Shown piece by piece: positions 54,008 to 62,762 of a stretch of DNA of 64,000 nt. The notes below the pieces were generated by a model that was not told where the DNA came from, searched no databases, and saw only the letters and a list, made by a program, of their open reading frames with translations. Position 1 is the stretch's first letter. Every line of letters starts with the position of its first letter. The position numbers and the translations under genes were made by a program. The DNA comes from an uncultured Actinomycetes bacterium (GTDB taxonomy: Bacteria; Actinomycetota; Actinomycetes; Streptosporangiales; Streptosporangiaceae): contig CAWICB010000001.1 in the NCBI GenBank assembly GCA_963834515.1, positions 283,290-347,289 of the forward strand. Reading direction: 5' to 3'.

Positions 54008-54244
54008 ATGACCGTCGGCGGCAGCATCGCGCTCATCGTGATCGGCGCCATCCTCCGGTTTGCCATCAGCTGGTCACCCGCCTACATCAACGTCCAGCTC
54101 ATCGGCCTGATCCTGATGATCGCCGGGATCCTCGGACTGATCATCTCGCTGGCACTCCTGACCACCCGCCGCCGCCGGGCGGCGACCCGCCCCGGTGGCA
54201 CCGAGGTGTACGAGGAGCGCCGTTACCGCGAGCCCCCGCGGTAG
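54008..54244 (+). CDS. small two-TM membrane protein (DUF6458-like)
   Basis: ATG 54008 follows AGGAGG. MTVGGSIALIVIGAILRFAI...LIGLILMIAGILGLIISLALL, followed by a basic tail. Confidence 0.6.
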   Translation: MTVGGSIALIVIGAILRFAISWSPAYINVQLIGLILMIAGILGLIISLALLTTRRRRAATRPGGTEVYEERRYREPPR

Positions 54245-54422
54245 ACCGTGCACCGCCCAGTCCCGCTGGGCGCTAGCGGGCGTTCAGGCTGCTGACCTCG
54301 CGTTATACGGGCGGTCAGGTCGGGCCCGGGCACAGCCGTTGCATAGAATCAAGATCAACGGCGCGCAGGCGGGGGTGCGGCTGGGCAGCCAGCCGCGGCG
54401 CAGCGGGACTGGGAGACAGAGC

Positions 54423-55672
54423 ATGGCGCGTTCCATCTGGTCGGGATTCCTGAGCTTCGGGCTGGTCAGTGTCCCGGTGGGGCTGTACCCGGCCACCGCC
54501 GACCAGACGATCCACTTCAACCAGCTGCACAAGGGCACCTCGCACCGGATCCGGTACAAGAAGGTCGACGAGGTCACCGGGGAAGAGGTCGCGACCAGCG
54601 ACATCGTCAGCGGCTACGACCTGGGCGGCGGAGAGTACGTGGTGATCACCCGGGACGAGCTCAAGGAAGCGGCGCCCGGCAAGTCGGAGACCATCGAGAT
54701 CAGCGACTTCATCGACCTGGACGAGATCGACCCGGTGCACTTCCGGACCACGTACTACCTGGCGCCCCGGGGCAAGGGCGCGGACCGGGCCTACGCGCTG
54801 CTCCGGCAGGCGATGGGCGAAACCGGCAAAGTGGGCATCGCCACCATGGTGCTGCGGGACAAGGAGCACCTGGTCGCCGTCCGGCCCGGGGCTGACGTGC
54901 TGATCCTGGAGACGATGTACTTCGCCGACGAAATCCGGACACCAAGCGAGGAACTGGACAGCCTGCCCCAGGACGTCAGCTTCCAGGGCCGGGAACTCGA
55001 CGTGGCCAAGAAGCTGGTCGAGTCGCTGACCGTGCCGTGGCAGCCGGAGGACTACCACAACACGTACCGGGCCCGGGTCCTGGAGCTGATCGACCAGAAG
55101 CGGGAGGGCCAGGCGGTGGTCTTCGAGGCCGAGCGGCCCAAGTCCAACGTGATCGACCTGATGGCCGCGCTGGAAGGCTCGCTGGCCCGGATGGAGGAGG
55201 ACGGTGGGGCCGGGTCAGCCAAGCCCGCCGCAGGGGGCGCGCCGGGTCAGGTGGGCGCGCCGGGTCAGGTGGGCGCGCCGGGTCAGGTGGGCGCGCCGGG
55301 TCAGGCGGGGGCGCCGGGCCAGGTGGGCGCGCCGGGTCAGGTGGCCGCGCCGGGTCAGGTGGGCGCGCCGGGTCAGGTGGGCGCGGTGCCCAGCCCGCCG
55401 GGCCGCCGTCGCCGGGCCGGGGCCGGTCCCGGAAGGCGGCGCCGGCCGGGGCGGCTGAGCTGGACGGCCTGTCCAGGGCCGACCTGCTGGCCCGGGCGGC
55501 TGAGCTGGACATCCCCGGCCGGTCCAGGATGTCCAAGCCGGAGCTCATCGGGGCCATCGCGGCCGCGCCCGCCCGGGCGGCTGCGCCCGCGCAGGCCGGC
55601 TCGCCCGCTAAGGCGGCCTCGCCCGCCCGGTCGGCCGCCCCGGCCAGGCGGCGGCCGCGGAAGATTTCCTAG
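54423..55672 (+). pseudogene. ku: Ku (NHEJ DNA-end-binding protein) with an internal GAPGQV repeat and an apparent frameshift before its C-terminal HeH/Rho_N-like motif
   Basis: MARSIWSGFLSFGLVSVPVGLYPAT...RIRYKKVD is the bacterial Ku signature. After the repeat, the frame that encodes AELDGLSRADLLARAAELDIPGRSRMSKPELIGAI and ends at 55672 is offset by one nt (junction ~55383). The original frame runs on as an Arg/Pro-rich tail to 55724. Confidence 0.85.
55236..55385. repeat. 18-bp tandem repeat, ~8.3 copies, inside ku (GAPGQV units)
   Basis: ggcgcgccgggtcaggtg is repeated from 55236, with three single-base variants (GAPGQA, AAPGQV). Confidence 0.95.
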
Positions 55673-55749
55673 CCATCTGCCCGCTGGCCGGCCTGTCGCG
55701 CGGCCTGATGTCGGTCCCGGGTGATAGGCCAGTCTCGGAGGTAGCCGAG

Positions 55750-55983
55750 ATGCCCGACCCAGCCATGATCACCGGAACCTGCCCGGAGTGCCGCCAGGAC
55801 CTGGAGCACTGCCATGGCACCGCGATCGAGCACTGCGACGGCGCCGCTGACTGCTCGGACAGCCAGGACTGCGGGCTGTCGGCTGACCTGCACCTGTTCG
55901 TGATTTCCTGTGTGGACGTGGGCTGCGACTGCGCCCCGGCCGAGATGGAGCTGACCGGGCCGGGGCAGCGCGCCGCGTCATGA
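55750..55983 (+). CDS. small Cys/His/Asp-rich protein (77 aa), unknown family
   Basis: ATG 55750 follows GGAGG. GC3 is high. MPDPAMITGTCPECRQDLEHCHGTAIEHCDGAADCSDSQDCGL...SCVDVGCDC has 10 Cys. Its stop overlaps the convergent Rieske gene stop in the palindrome TCATGA. Confidence 0.6.
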   Translation: MPDPAMITGTCPECRQDLEHCHGTAIEHCDGAADCSDSQDCGLSADLHLFVISCVDVGCDCAPAEMELTGPGQRAAS

Positions 55984-56985
55984 CCGGGTGAGCCCGCTCT
56001 CCCGCATGGCCTTGCGGTACGCGACCGCCACCGCGTCGAACTTGAGGTGCAGCTCGGCGGCCAGGTCAAACGGCACCCGGTCCGGCCGCTGCGACTCCAC
56101 CACCACCTGGTCCTGGCCGAAGATGGTGTCCTCGAACTCCTGCAGCACCTGGTCCGGCTGGTCCAGGTTGTAGTTCCGGCCGATCACCACGTAGCCCGCG
56201 CACTGCTCGGTCCCGGCCGGCTGGGACGCGAAGAAGTACACCATGCCGCGCTCACCGCCCCAGCCCAGCCGCAGCACGATGGTGTACGGCAGGTGCAGCT
56301 CATACCGGCTGACCCGCTGCGGCGGCCCGGCCTGCTCGTTGCCGAACACCGGGAAGTCGTCACTGTTCGGCGCCTCGGGCCGGGTGATCGTGTAGTGCAG
56401 CACGTGCTGCTCGGTGCGCACCTCGTGCCGCGGCACCACCGGCCGGTCCGGGTCGCCGAGCAGCCCCGGGTGCACCCATGGGAAGTGCCCGAAGTCGGTG
56501 AAGTTCTCCACCTGCCGGGCCGCGTCGCAGGCCCACCGGTACGGGCCCGCGGTCAGCACGGCCCACTGGCCGTTCTCCAGCTCCGGCACCTCGGGCAGCG
56601 GCCAGCGGGGCTCGTCCAGGGCCACCCAGATCAGGCCGTACCGTTCCTGGCAGCGGAACGCCGGCACCCGGGCCCGGGCCGGCACCCGGGCCGGGTCGGC
56701 CAGCTGCGGGATGGCGACGCAGCGGCCGTCGGCGCCGTACCGCCAGCCGTGATACGGGCAGACCAGCTCGTCCCCGCGGACCCAGCCCAGCGACAGCGCG
56801 GTGCCGCGGTGCACGCACAGGTCCTGGCTGGCCCGGGGCTGGCCGGTGGCGCCGCGCCACAGCACCAGGGGCTCGCCGAGCAGGTCGGCGTGCACCGGCT
56901 GGCCGGCCAGTTCGGCGCCGAACGCCACCGGGTGCCAGCAGTCACGCAGCGCGCTAGGGTCCGCGAACGCGGCCGGACCGGTCAT
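55978..56985 (-). CDS. Rieske [2Fe-2S] domain oxygenase (PaO / ring-hydroxylating alpha-subunit-like)
   Basis: CVHRGTALSLG....CPYHGWRY is the CxH...CxxH Rieske motif. It is followed by a catalytic domain with ..ENFTDFGHFPWVH. Confidence 0.85.
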   Translation of the reverse strand: MTGPAAFADPSALRDCWHPVAFGAELAGQPVHADLLGEPLVLWRGATGQPRASQDLCVHRGTALSLGWVRGDELVCPYHGWRYGADGRCVAIPQLADPARVPARARVPAFRCQERYGLIWVALDEPRWPLPEVPELENGQWAVLTAGPYRWACDAARQVENFTDFGHFPWVHPGLLGDPDRPVVPRHEVRTEQHVLHYTITRPEAPNSDDFPVFGNEQAGPPQRVSRYELHLPYTIVLRLGWGGERGMVYFFASQPAGTEQCAGYVVIGRNYNLDQPDQVLQEFEDTIFGQDQVVVESQRPDRVPFDLAAELHLKFDAVAVAYRKAMRESGLTRS

Positions 56986-56989
56986 CCGG

Positions 56990-58021
56990 TCAGGGTACCG
57001 CCGAGGCCTGCGCGGCCGGCTGGGCGGTGTGGTGCCCCTGGAACAGGAGCGACGCGACCTGGGTCAGCGTGTTGATGCCGTAGTTGAACCCGACGTCATC
57101 CGCGTCCCCGTAGCCCTCGAGGCTGTACATGATGGCCAGCGTGTATTCCTGGTGCGGCCCGGCGAAGCCGACCGTGTTGGTGATCCACGGCGGGTCGAAC
57201 TCCCAGCCGTCCTTGTTGCCCGGCCGGTTCTCCGGCCCGGCGCCCCACACCCCCCACTGCTGGTCGATCGCGCTGACGTGCTGCAGCCGGTAGACCAGGT
57301 AGTTACGCACGCTGGCCGGGGCGTCGTTCAGCACGTAGTTCATCAGGTTGTCCAGGTCCTGGGCCGAGCAGTACATGAAGCCCCAGTTCGGCACGGAGGA
57401 GGTGAACGTCGCGCTGCTCATGCCGAACGTCTGGATGCGCTGCAGGAAGCTGCCATCCTCGAACTGGTCCCACAGGTCGTTGGCGTCGTCGTCGTTGCTG
57501 GTGTACAGGGCCTGGAACATCTCCTGCTGGTCGGCCGGGGTCAGCGTGATGCTGCCGGCCTGGGCCCGGAGCAGGATGTCGGTCATCATGGCCAGCTTCA
57601 TGGTCGACGCGGCCGGGTAGTCCACCGTGGCGTTGGCGTCCCGCCACACCGCCCCGGTGGCCCGGTCGTCCAGCACGATGCCGATCGAGCCGGGCACGCC
57701 CCGCAGGTACTTCTGCACGGCGTGGATCCGGTCCCGCATCTCGCAGGAGAACCCGGGCGCGATCTTGGCGCAGTGCTTGGGCTTGGGGCTCGGCGTCGGG
57801 CTGGGCGTGGGCGAGGCCGGCTGCGACTTGGTGCCCGCCTTGAGCGCGACCGTGTGCTGGCTGGCCGGGGTGAACATGCTGCAGCCGGCCAGGGCTACGG
57901 CCAGCAGGCCGCCGCCCAGCAGGGCCGGGAGCTGCAGGCGGCGGCCTGGCAGGCGGCGGGGACGGGTAACCGGAGAAGGCACGCCCGACAGGATACGAGC
58001 GATGTCGTGCTGCGCGGGCAA
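56990..58021 (-). CDS. lipoprotein serine hydrolase (class A beta-lactamase-related fold)
   Basis: Lipobox LAGC, SxxK motif AASTMKLAM, an SxN-like TSND, and a KDG triad-like NKDGW. It ends 4 nt before the Rieske gene start. The start codon is uncertain (TTG 58021). Confidence 0.7.
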   Translation of the reverse strand: MPAQHDIARILSGVPSPVTRPRRLPGRRLQLPALLGGGLLAVALAGCSMFTPASQHTVALKAGTKSQPASPTPSPTPSPKPKHCAKIAPGFSCEMRDRIHAVQKYLRGVPGSIGIVLDDRATGAVWRDANATVDYPAASTMKLAMMTDILLRAQAGSITLTPADQQEMFQALYTSNDDDANDLWDQFEDGSFLQRIQTFGMSSATFTSSVPNWGFMYCSAQDLDNLMNYVLNDAPASVRNYLVYRLQHVSAIDQQWGVWGAGPENRPGNKDGWEFDPPWITNTVGFAGPHQEYTLAIMYSLEGYGDADDVGFNYGINTLTQVASLLFQGHHTAQPAAQASAVP

Positions 58022-58076
58022 GTGGGCCGCGATCCCCGGCGAAGCCGTTGCTAATTCTTGATCTCAGCTTTCTGGC

Positions 58077-59519
58077 TCAGGCCGGGTGCTCCTGGCCGTC
58101 TCCCGCCCACTCGGTGTGGAACGTGCCCGGCTTGTCCACCCGGTGGTAGGTGTGCGCGCCGAAGTTGTCCCGCAGGCCCTGGATCAGCGACGCGGGCAGC
58201 CGGGCCGCGCGCAGCCCGTCGTAGTAGGCCAGCGACGAGGAGAACGCCGGGGACGGGATGCCGGCCGTGGCGGCGCGCGCCACCACCCGGCGCCAGCTGC
58301 CCACCCCGTCCCGCACCGCGGCCGCGAAGTACGGCGCGACCAGCAGGCTGGGCAGCCCCGGGTTCTCGTCGTAGGCGGCCCGGATCCGGTCCAGGAACCG
58401 GGCCCGGATGATGCAGCCGCCGCGCCAGATGGTCGCCATCGCGCCCCGGTCGATGTCCCAGCCATACTCCGCGCTGCCCGCGGCGATCTGGTCGAAGCCC
58501 TGCGCGTACGCAACCACCTTGGACGCGTACAGCGCGCGCCGTACGTCATCCACGAAACTGCCGGTGTCGCTGATGTCCAGCGCGGCCACCCCGGTGCCGA
58601 ACGCCTCCCGGGCCGCCTGCCGCTGGTCCGCGTGCCCGGACAGTGACCGGGCGAACGTGGCCTCGGCAATGCCGGTGATCGGGATGCCGAGGTCCAGCGC
58701 GCTCTGCACGGTCCACCGGCCGGTGCCCTTCTGCTCGGCCTGGTCGAGCACGATGTCCACGAACGGCCGGCCGGTCCCGGCGTCGGTGTGCGCCAGCACC
58801 TCGGCGGTGATCTGGATCAGGAACGAGTCCAGGTCCCCTTCGTTCCAGGTGCGGAAGATCTCAGCGATCCGCGGGGCAGGCGCGCCCAGGCCGGCCCGGA
58901 GCAGGTCGTAGGCCTCCGCGATGAGCTGCATGTCCGCGTATTCGATGCCGTTGTGCACCATCTTGACGAAGTGGCCGGCCCCGTCCGGGCCCACGTGCGT
59001 GCAGCACGGCGTGCCGTCCACCTGGGCCGCGATCGACTCGAAGATCGGGCCGAGCTTGGCGTAGGACTCCGGTGAGCCGCCGGGCATGATGCTCGGGCCG
59101 CGCAGCGCGCCTTCCTCGCCGCCGGACACGCCGCAGCCGACGAAGTGCAGGCCGTGCTCGCGCAGCGCGGCCTCCCGCCGCCGGGTGTCCATGTAGTGCG
59201 CGTTGCCGCAGTCGATGACGATGTCGCCCTCGTCCAGCAGCGGGACCAGCTCGTCGATGACCGCGTCGGTCGGCTGGCCGGCCTTGACCATGACGATGAT
59301 GGCCCGGGGCTGGCTCAGGCTGGCCACGAACTCCTTCATCGACTCGGACGGCAGGAACGTGCCCTCATCGCCATGCTCGGCCACCAGGCTGCGGGTGCGT
59401 TCCGGCGACCGGTTGTGCAGCGCCACCACGTGCCCGTGCCGGGCCAGGTTGCGGGCCAGGTTGCGGCCCATCACGGCCAGGCCGGTCACGCCGATATCCG
59501 CGCTGTTCGCCTGCGTCAT
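58077..59519 (-). CDS. gnd: NADP-dependent decarboxylating 6-phosphogluconate dehydrogenase
   Basis: IGVTGLAVMGRNLARNLARHG, GGEEGALRGPSIMPGG, HFVKMVHNGIEYADMQLIAEAY, KGTGRWT. It is full length at 480 aa. Confidence 0.95.
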   Translation of the reverse strand: MTQANSADIGVTGLAVMGRNLARNLARHGHVVALHNRSPERTRSLVAEHGDEGTFLPSESMKEFVASLSQPRAIIVMVKAGQPTDAVIDELVPLLDEGDIVIDCGNAHYMDTRRREAALREHGLHFVGCGVSGGEEGALRGPSIMPGGSPESYAKLGPIFESIAAQVDGTPCCTHVGPDGAGHFVKMVHNGIEYADMQLIAEAYDLLRAGLGAPAPRIAEIFRTWNEGDLDSFLIQITAEVLAHTDAGTGRPFVDIVLDQAEQKGTGRWTVQSALDLGIPITGIAEATFARSLSGHADQRQAAREAFGTGVAALDISDTGSFVDDVRRALYASKVVAYAQGFDQIAAGSAEYGWDIDRGAMATIWRGGCIIRARFLDRIRAAYDENPGLPSLLVAPYFAAAVRDGVGSWRRVVARAATAGIPSPAFSSSLAYYDGLRAARLPASLIQGLRDNFGAHTYHRVDKPGTFHTEWAGDGQEHPA

Positions 59520-59638
59520 ACTGGCTCCTCGTCAGTCTCGTCCCTCTTCCGCGAGATTAGCCCGTCCTGTTCCGGTGGCGGCCTGCGGCCGCCGCGGGCC
59601 AGGCCCGTAATCCCCGGTTCGGCACGTACCCTGCACTC

Positions 59639-60382
59639 ATGTCCCAGCCCGCCGTGACCGGTGCCGGGCCGGCCTTCACCGCCGACCCGCAGGAGGGCCG
59701 GCTGTTCCGCACGTCGCGGGTGGTGCGCAGCGTGGACGTCACCCCGGCGGGCCGCCTCCGGTTCGACGCGCTGGCCCGCTACCTGCAGCAGGCGGCCGAG
59801 GATGACCTGGCCGACGCAGACTGGGCCGGGCGGTACACCTGGCTGGTCCGGCGGACCGCGGTCGCGGTGCGCGGCTACCCGGTGCACCGGGAGGAGGTCC
59901 AGCTGCGCACGTTCTGCTCGGCCACCGGGCCGCGCTGGGCCGAGCGGACCACCACGCTGGCCGGGCCGGCCGGGGACGTGGTCCAGGCGACCGCGGTCTG
60001 GGTGGCCATCGACGCCGCGGACGGCCGCCCGGTGCCACTCGGGGACACGTTCCACCGGGTGTATGGGCCCTCCACCGGCGGCCGCCGGGTGTCCGCGCGG
60101 CTGTCCCACCCCGGCCCGCCGGACGGCGCCACGGGCCGGCCGTGGCCGCTGCGGGCCAGTGACTTCGACACCGCGGGGCACGTCAACAACAGCATTCACT
60201 GGGCCGCGGTCGAGGACGTGCTGGCCGGGCTGGACTGGTGCCCGGCCCGCGCCGAACTGGAGTACCACCGGCCGGTGCTGCCCGGCCACGCCCCCCAGCT
60301 GGTCACCGGGCAGGCCGCCGATCAGCTGGCCGTCTGGCTGTGCGGCGACGGGCAGCGGCTGGCGTCCGCGGTCCTCGGCTGA
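59639..60382 (+). CDS. acyl-ACP thioesterase family protein
   Basis: Double hot-dog pattern: ..VRSVDVTPAGRLRFDALARYLQQAAEDD.., and in the second half ..RASDFDTAGHVNNSIHWAAVED.. Confidence 0.8.
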   Translation: MSQPAVTGAGPAFTADPQEGRLFRTSRVVRSVDVTPAGRLRFDALARYLQQAAEDDLADADWAGRYTWLVRRTAVAVRGYPVHREEVQLRTFCSATGPRWAERTTTLAGPAGDVVQATAVWVAIDAADGRPVPLGDTFHRVYGPSTGGRRVSARLSHPGPPDGATGRPWPLRASDFDTAGHVNNSIHWAAVEDVLAGLDWCPARAELEYHRPVLPGHAPQLVTGQAADQLAVWLCGDGQRLASAVLG

Positions 60383-60464
60383 ACCGGAACGCCGATCTAC
60401 ACTGGATAGCGCCAGCCCAGACGGTTCTGCCGGGGGCCGGGCTGGGCAGGTCTGGAGGCAGCCG

Positions 60465-60755
60465 ATGTCCGCCGGGGTCAACCTGATCAGCGCCCAGGTC
60501 GCCGCCACGGCCTCATCGTCGTCCGCGTTCACGTGGGGCGACGCGATCACGATCTTCGTCCTGGTCATCGTGGCCTTGCTGATCCTGGTGGCGTTCGTCG
60601 GCCGGCGCAGCCAGCGGCTGGCCTACCGGCCCCGGCCGAAGCAGTCCCGCCACATCGAGGAGTTCCGCGAAGCGGCCGAAGAGGATGTCGAGGCCATCGA
60701 GGAGAGCGACCCCATCCCCCGGGATGGGCCCGGTTTCCGCGAAGACGACCTGTAG
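60465..60755 (+). CDS. small single-TM protein with an acidic C-terminal tail
   Basis: ATG 60465 follows CTGGAGG. TM helix AITIFVLVIVALLILVAFVG, followed by ..EEFREAAEEDVEAIEESDP. Confidence 0.6.
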   Translation: MSAGVNLISAQVAATASSSSAFTWGDAITIFVLVIVALLILVAFVGRRSQRLAYRPRPKQSRHIEEFREAAEEDVEAIEESDPIPRDGPGFREDDL

Positions 60756-61052
60756 TCCCTCCCCGCGCGCTCCCCCGCGGGCCGCGCTCCCCGCGCTCCC
60801 CGCGGGCCGCGGGCCCGCGCCAGCCCGGCGTTGCGGCCCGGCGGCAGGCGGCCACTCTTCACGTGCCCGGCCCGCTCAGACCGGGACGAAAGGGGCAGCT
60901 ACTGCACCGCAGCCGTGAAAAGTGGGATTCGGGCCGGTCTGGGCTGCCCGGCGCCGCTGCTGGTGTGGCTGACGGGAACGCTGAGATCGATGGGTCTGCG
61001 CCGTGCTGCCGTTGACGAGAGCGGGCCGGCACTCAAGTCGGCGGCATTGCGG

Positions 61053-62705
61053 CTAGCTTCTGCCGCCGGGGCCGCCGGGGCCGCCGGGGCCGCCGGGGCC
61101 GCCGGGGCCGCCGGCCTGGCCGGACCGGCGGCGCCAGATGAGCCAGCCCGCGCCGCCCGCCAGCACCAGCACGCCAGCGGCGATGCCGCCGATGGCAGCG
61201 GGCGGTGTGCCGCCCGGGCTTGCGGCCGCCGGGCTGCTGGCCGTGCTGGGCCGGGCGCTGGCCGTGCCCGGCCGGGCGGTGCCGCCCGGGGTGGCCGGGT
61301 GCGACCCGCTGCCGCCGGCCGTGCCGAACGCCACGACCTGATCCGCGGACGGGGCCAGCAGCAGGCCGTCACCCACGCCCGGGGTGGGGAAATGATTGGC
61401 TGGCGCCCCGATGGACGCTTGCTGCACGAGCCGGCCGGTGGCCGGGTCGATGCCGGCCAGCGTGCCGTCACGGCTGATCGTCCAGACCAGGCCAGCGGCC
61501 ACGACCGGCGGGCCGCCACCGATGCTGGATGTCCACAGCAGCCGCAGCCCAGGCGGCGACGCCGCCGCGCTGACTGCCGTGATGCCGCTGAGGCACGGCA
61601 GGTAGACGGTGCTGCCCACGGTCGCCATGCCGCCGTCGATGTCGGCCGCGCAGACCGGGCCGAGCTTGGCCTGCTGGCCGCCGATGCCGCCCAGGTGCGC
61701 ACCGTTCAGCAGGTAGACAACCCGGGACTTCCCGGCCAGCACAACCTGGCCGTCCGGCAGCAGCGCGGGCTCAGTGGACATGTCCCGGTCCGAGGCGTTG
61801 TCCGCGGCCCAGGACGTGGGCGCGAAGTACTGCTCGAGGTGCATCAGCGGGGTCAGCTCGAGCGCCGAGTCGCTGTCGTCATAGCCGCGGGCCGGGTTGT
61901 ACACCGAGCCGTTGCCCACGCTGACCCACACGTTGCCATGGCTGTCCACGGCCGGTGCCGCCCCGCCCATCCAGACCGCGCCCTGCCGCTGGCCGGGGGC
62001 CGAGTCCACGGTGAACATCGCGGGCGTGCCGCCGGTCTCCGGCACCGACACCACCCGGCCGCGGTACACCGAGCAGTCCCCGTCGTTGCCGCCGAAGCCG
62101 AAGATCACCCGCCCGGCGTCCAGGGTCAGCCCGGTGCGCTGCAGCAGCGCGGCCGTGTCCGCGCCAGGCGGGTCCACGTGCTGGGTCATCAGCACCGTGC
62201 CGGTGCTGGTGCTGAGACCGGCCAGCACGTGCGCGGGCTTCCCGTTCACCAGCTCGTCGGCCACCACGAAGATCTCCCCGCGGGACGGGTCGATGACCGG
62301 GGTGCCGGTGATCCCGGCGGTGGGCCTGATGTCCCCGCAGGGCAGCGACGACGCGGGGACCGGGGTGGCCAGGTGCCTGGACCAGATCACCGCCCCGCTG
62401 CCGGCCGACAGCGCGTACACGGTGTCGTTCTCGGTGGCCACGAAGACCCGGTGGCCGGACACCAGCGGCTCGCCGTACAGCTGCCCGTCGAGCGCGGGCG
62501 AAGTCCAGGCCGGGGCACTGGTGTCCACCGCGCCGGGCAGCGGGCCGGCTCCCGAGCCCGCCGGGTTGCCGTGGTACACGGTCCAGGAGGTGGCAGCGGG
62601 GCCGGCCACCGGGCTGGCCGCCGCGGCGGTGGCAGCCCACCCGGCCCCGGTCACCGAGAGAACCGCGGCCGCCGCGAGCAGCCTGGCCCGGCCTGGTCGG
62701 AGCAT
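61053..62705 (-). CDS. PQQ-like (BamB-type) beta-propeller repeat protein with a C-terminal TM anchor and a (PGG)n tail
   Basis: Signal peptide; repeated ..VFVATENDTVYALSAGSGAVIWS.. type blades; C-terminal TM helix IGGIAAGVLVLAGGAGWLIW. The tail is encoded by a 9-bp repeat gccgccggg with 5 perfect copies (61062-61106). Confidence 0.8.
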   Translation of the reverse strand: MLRPGRARLLAAAAVLSVTGAGWAATAAAASPVAGPAATSWTVYHGNPAGSGAGPLPGAVDTSAPAWTSPALDGQLYGEPLVSGHRVFVATENDTVYALSAGSGAVIWSRHLATPVPASSLPCGDIRPTAGITGTPVIDPSRGEIFVVADELVNGKPAHVLAGLSTSTGTVLMTQHVDPPGADTAALLQRTGLTLDAGRVIFGFGGNDGDCSVYRGRVVSVPETGGTPAMFTVDSAPGQRQGAVWMGGAAPAVDSHGNVWVSVGNGSVYNPARGYDDSDSALELTPLMHLEQYFAPTSWAADNASDRDMSTEPALLPDGQVVLAGKSRVVYLLNGAHLGGIGGQQAKLGPVCAADIDGGMATVGSTVYLPCLSGITAVSAAASPPGLRLLWTSSIGGGPPVVAAGLVWTISRDGTLAGIDPATGRLVQQASIGAPANHFPTPGVGDGLLLAPSADQVVAFGTAGGSGSHPATPGGTARPGTASARPSTASSPAAASPGGTPPAAIGGIAAGVLVLAGGAGWLIWRRRSGQAGGPGGPGGPGGPGGPGGRS

Positions 62706-62762
62706 CGGTCCAGGCTACTCCCGGGGGATTCACCGGCTGGCTGGGCCAGGGTCACGGAATCC

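Noticed and set aside
55236-55385. Possible CRISPR array (regular 18-bp repeats); the 17-bp array at 28200-28301 was also considered
   Set aside because: The repeats are directly adjacent with no spacers and are too short. One array lies in frame inside ku. No cas genes are present.
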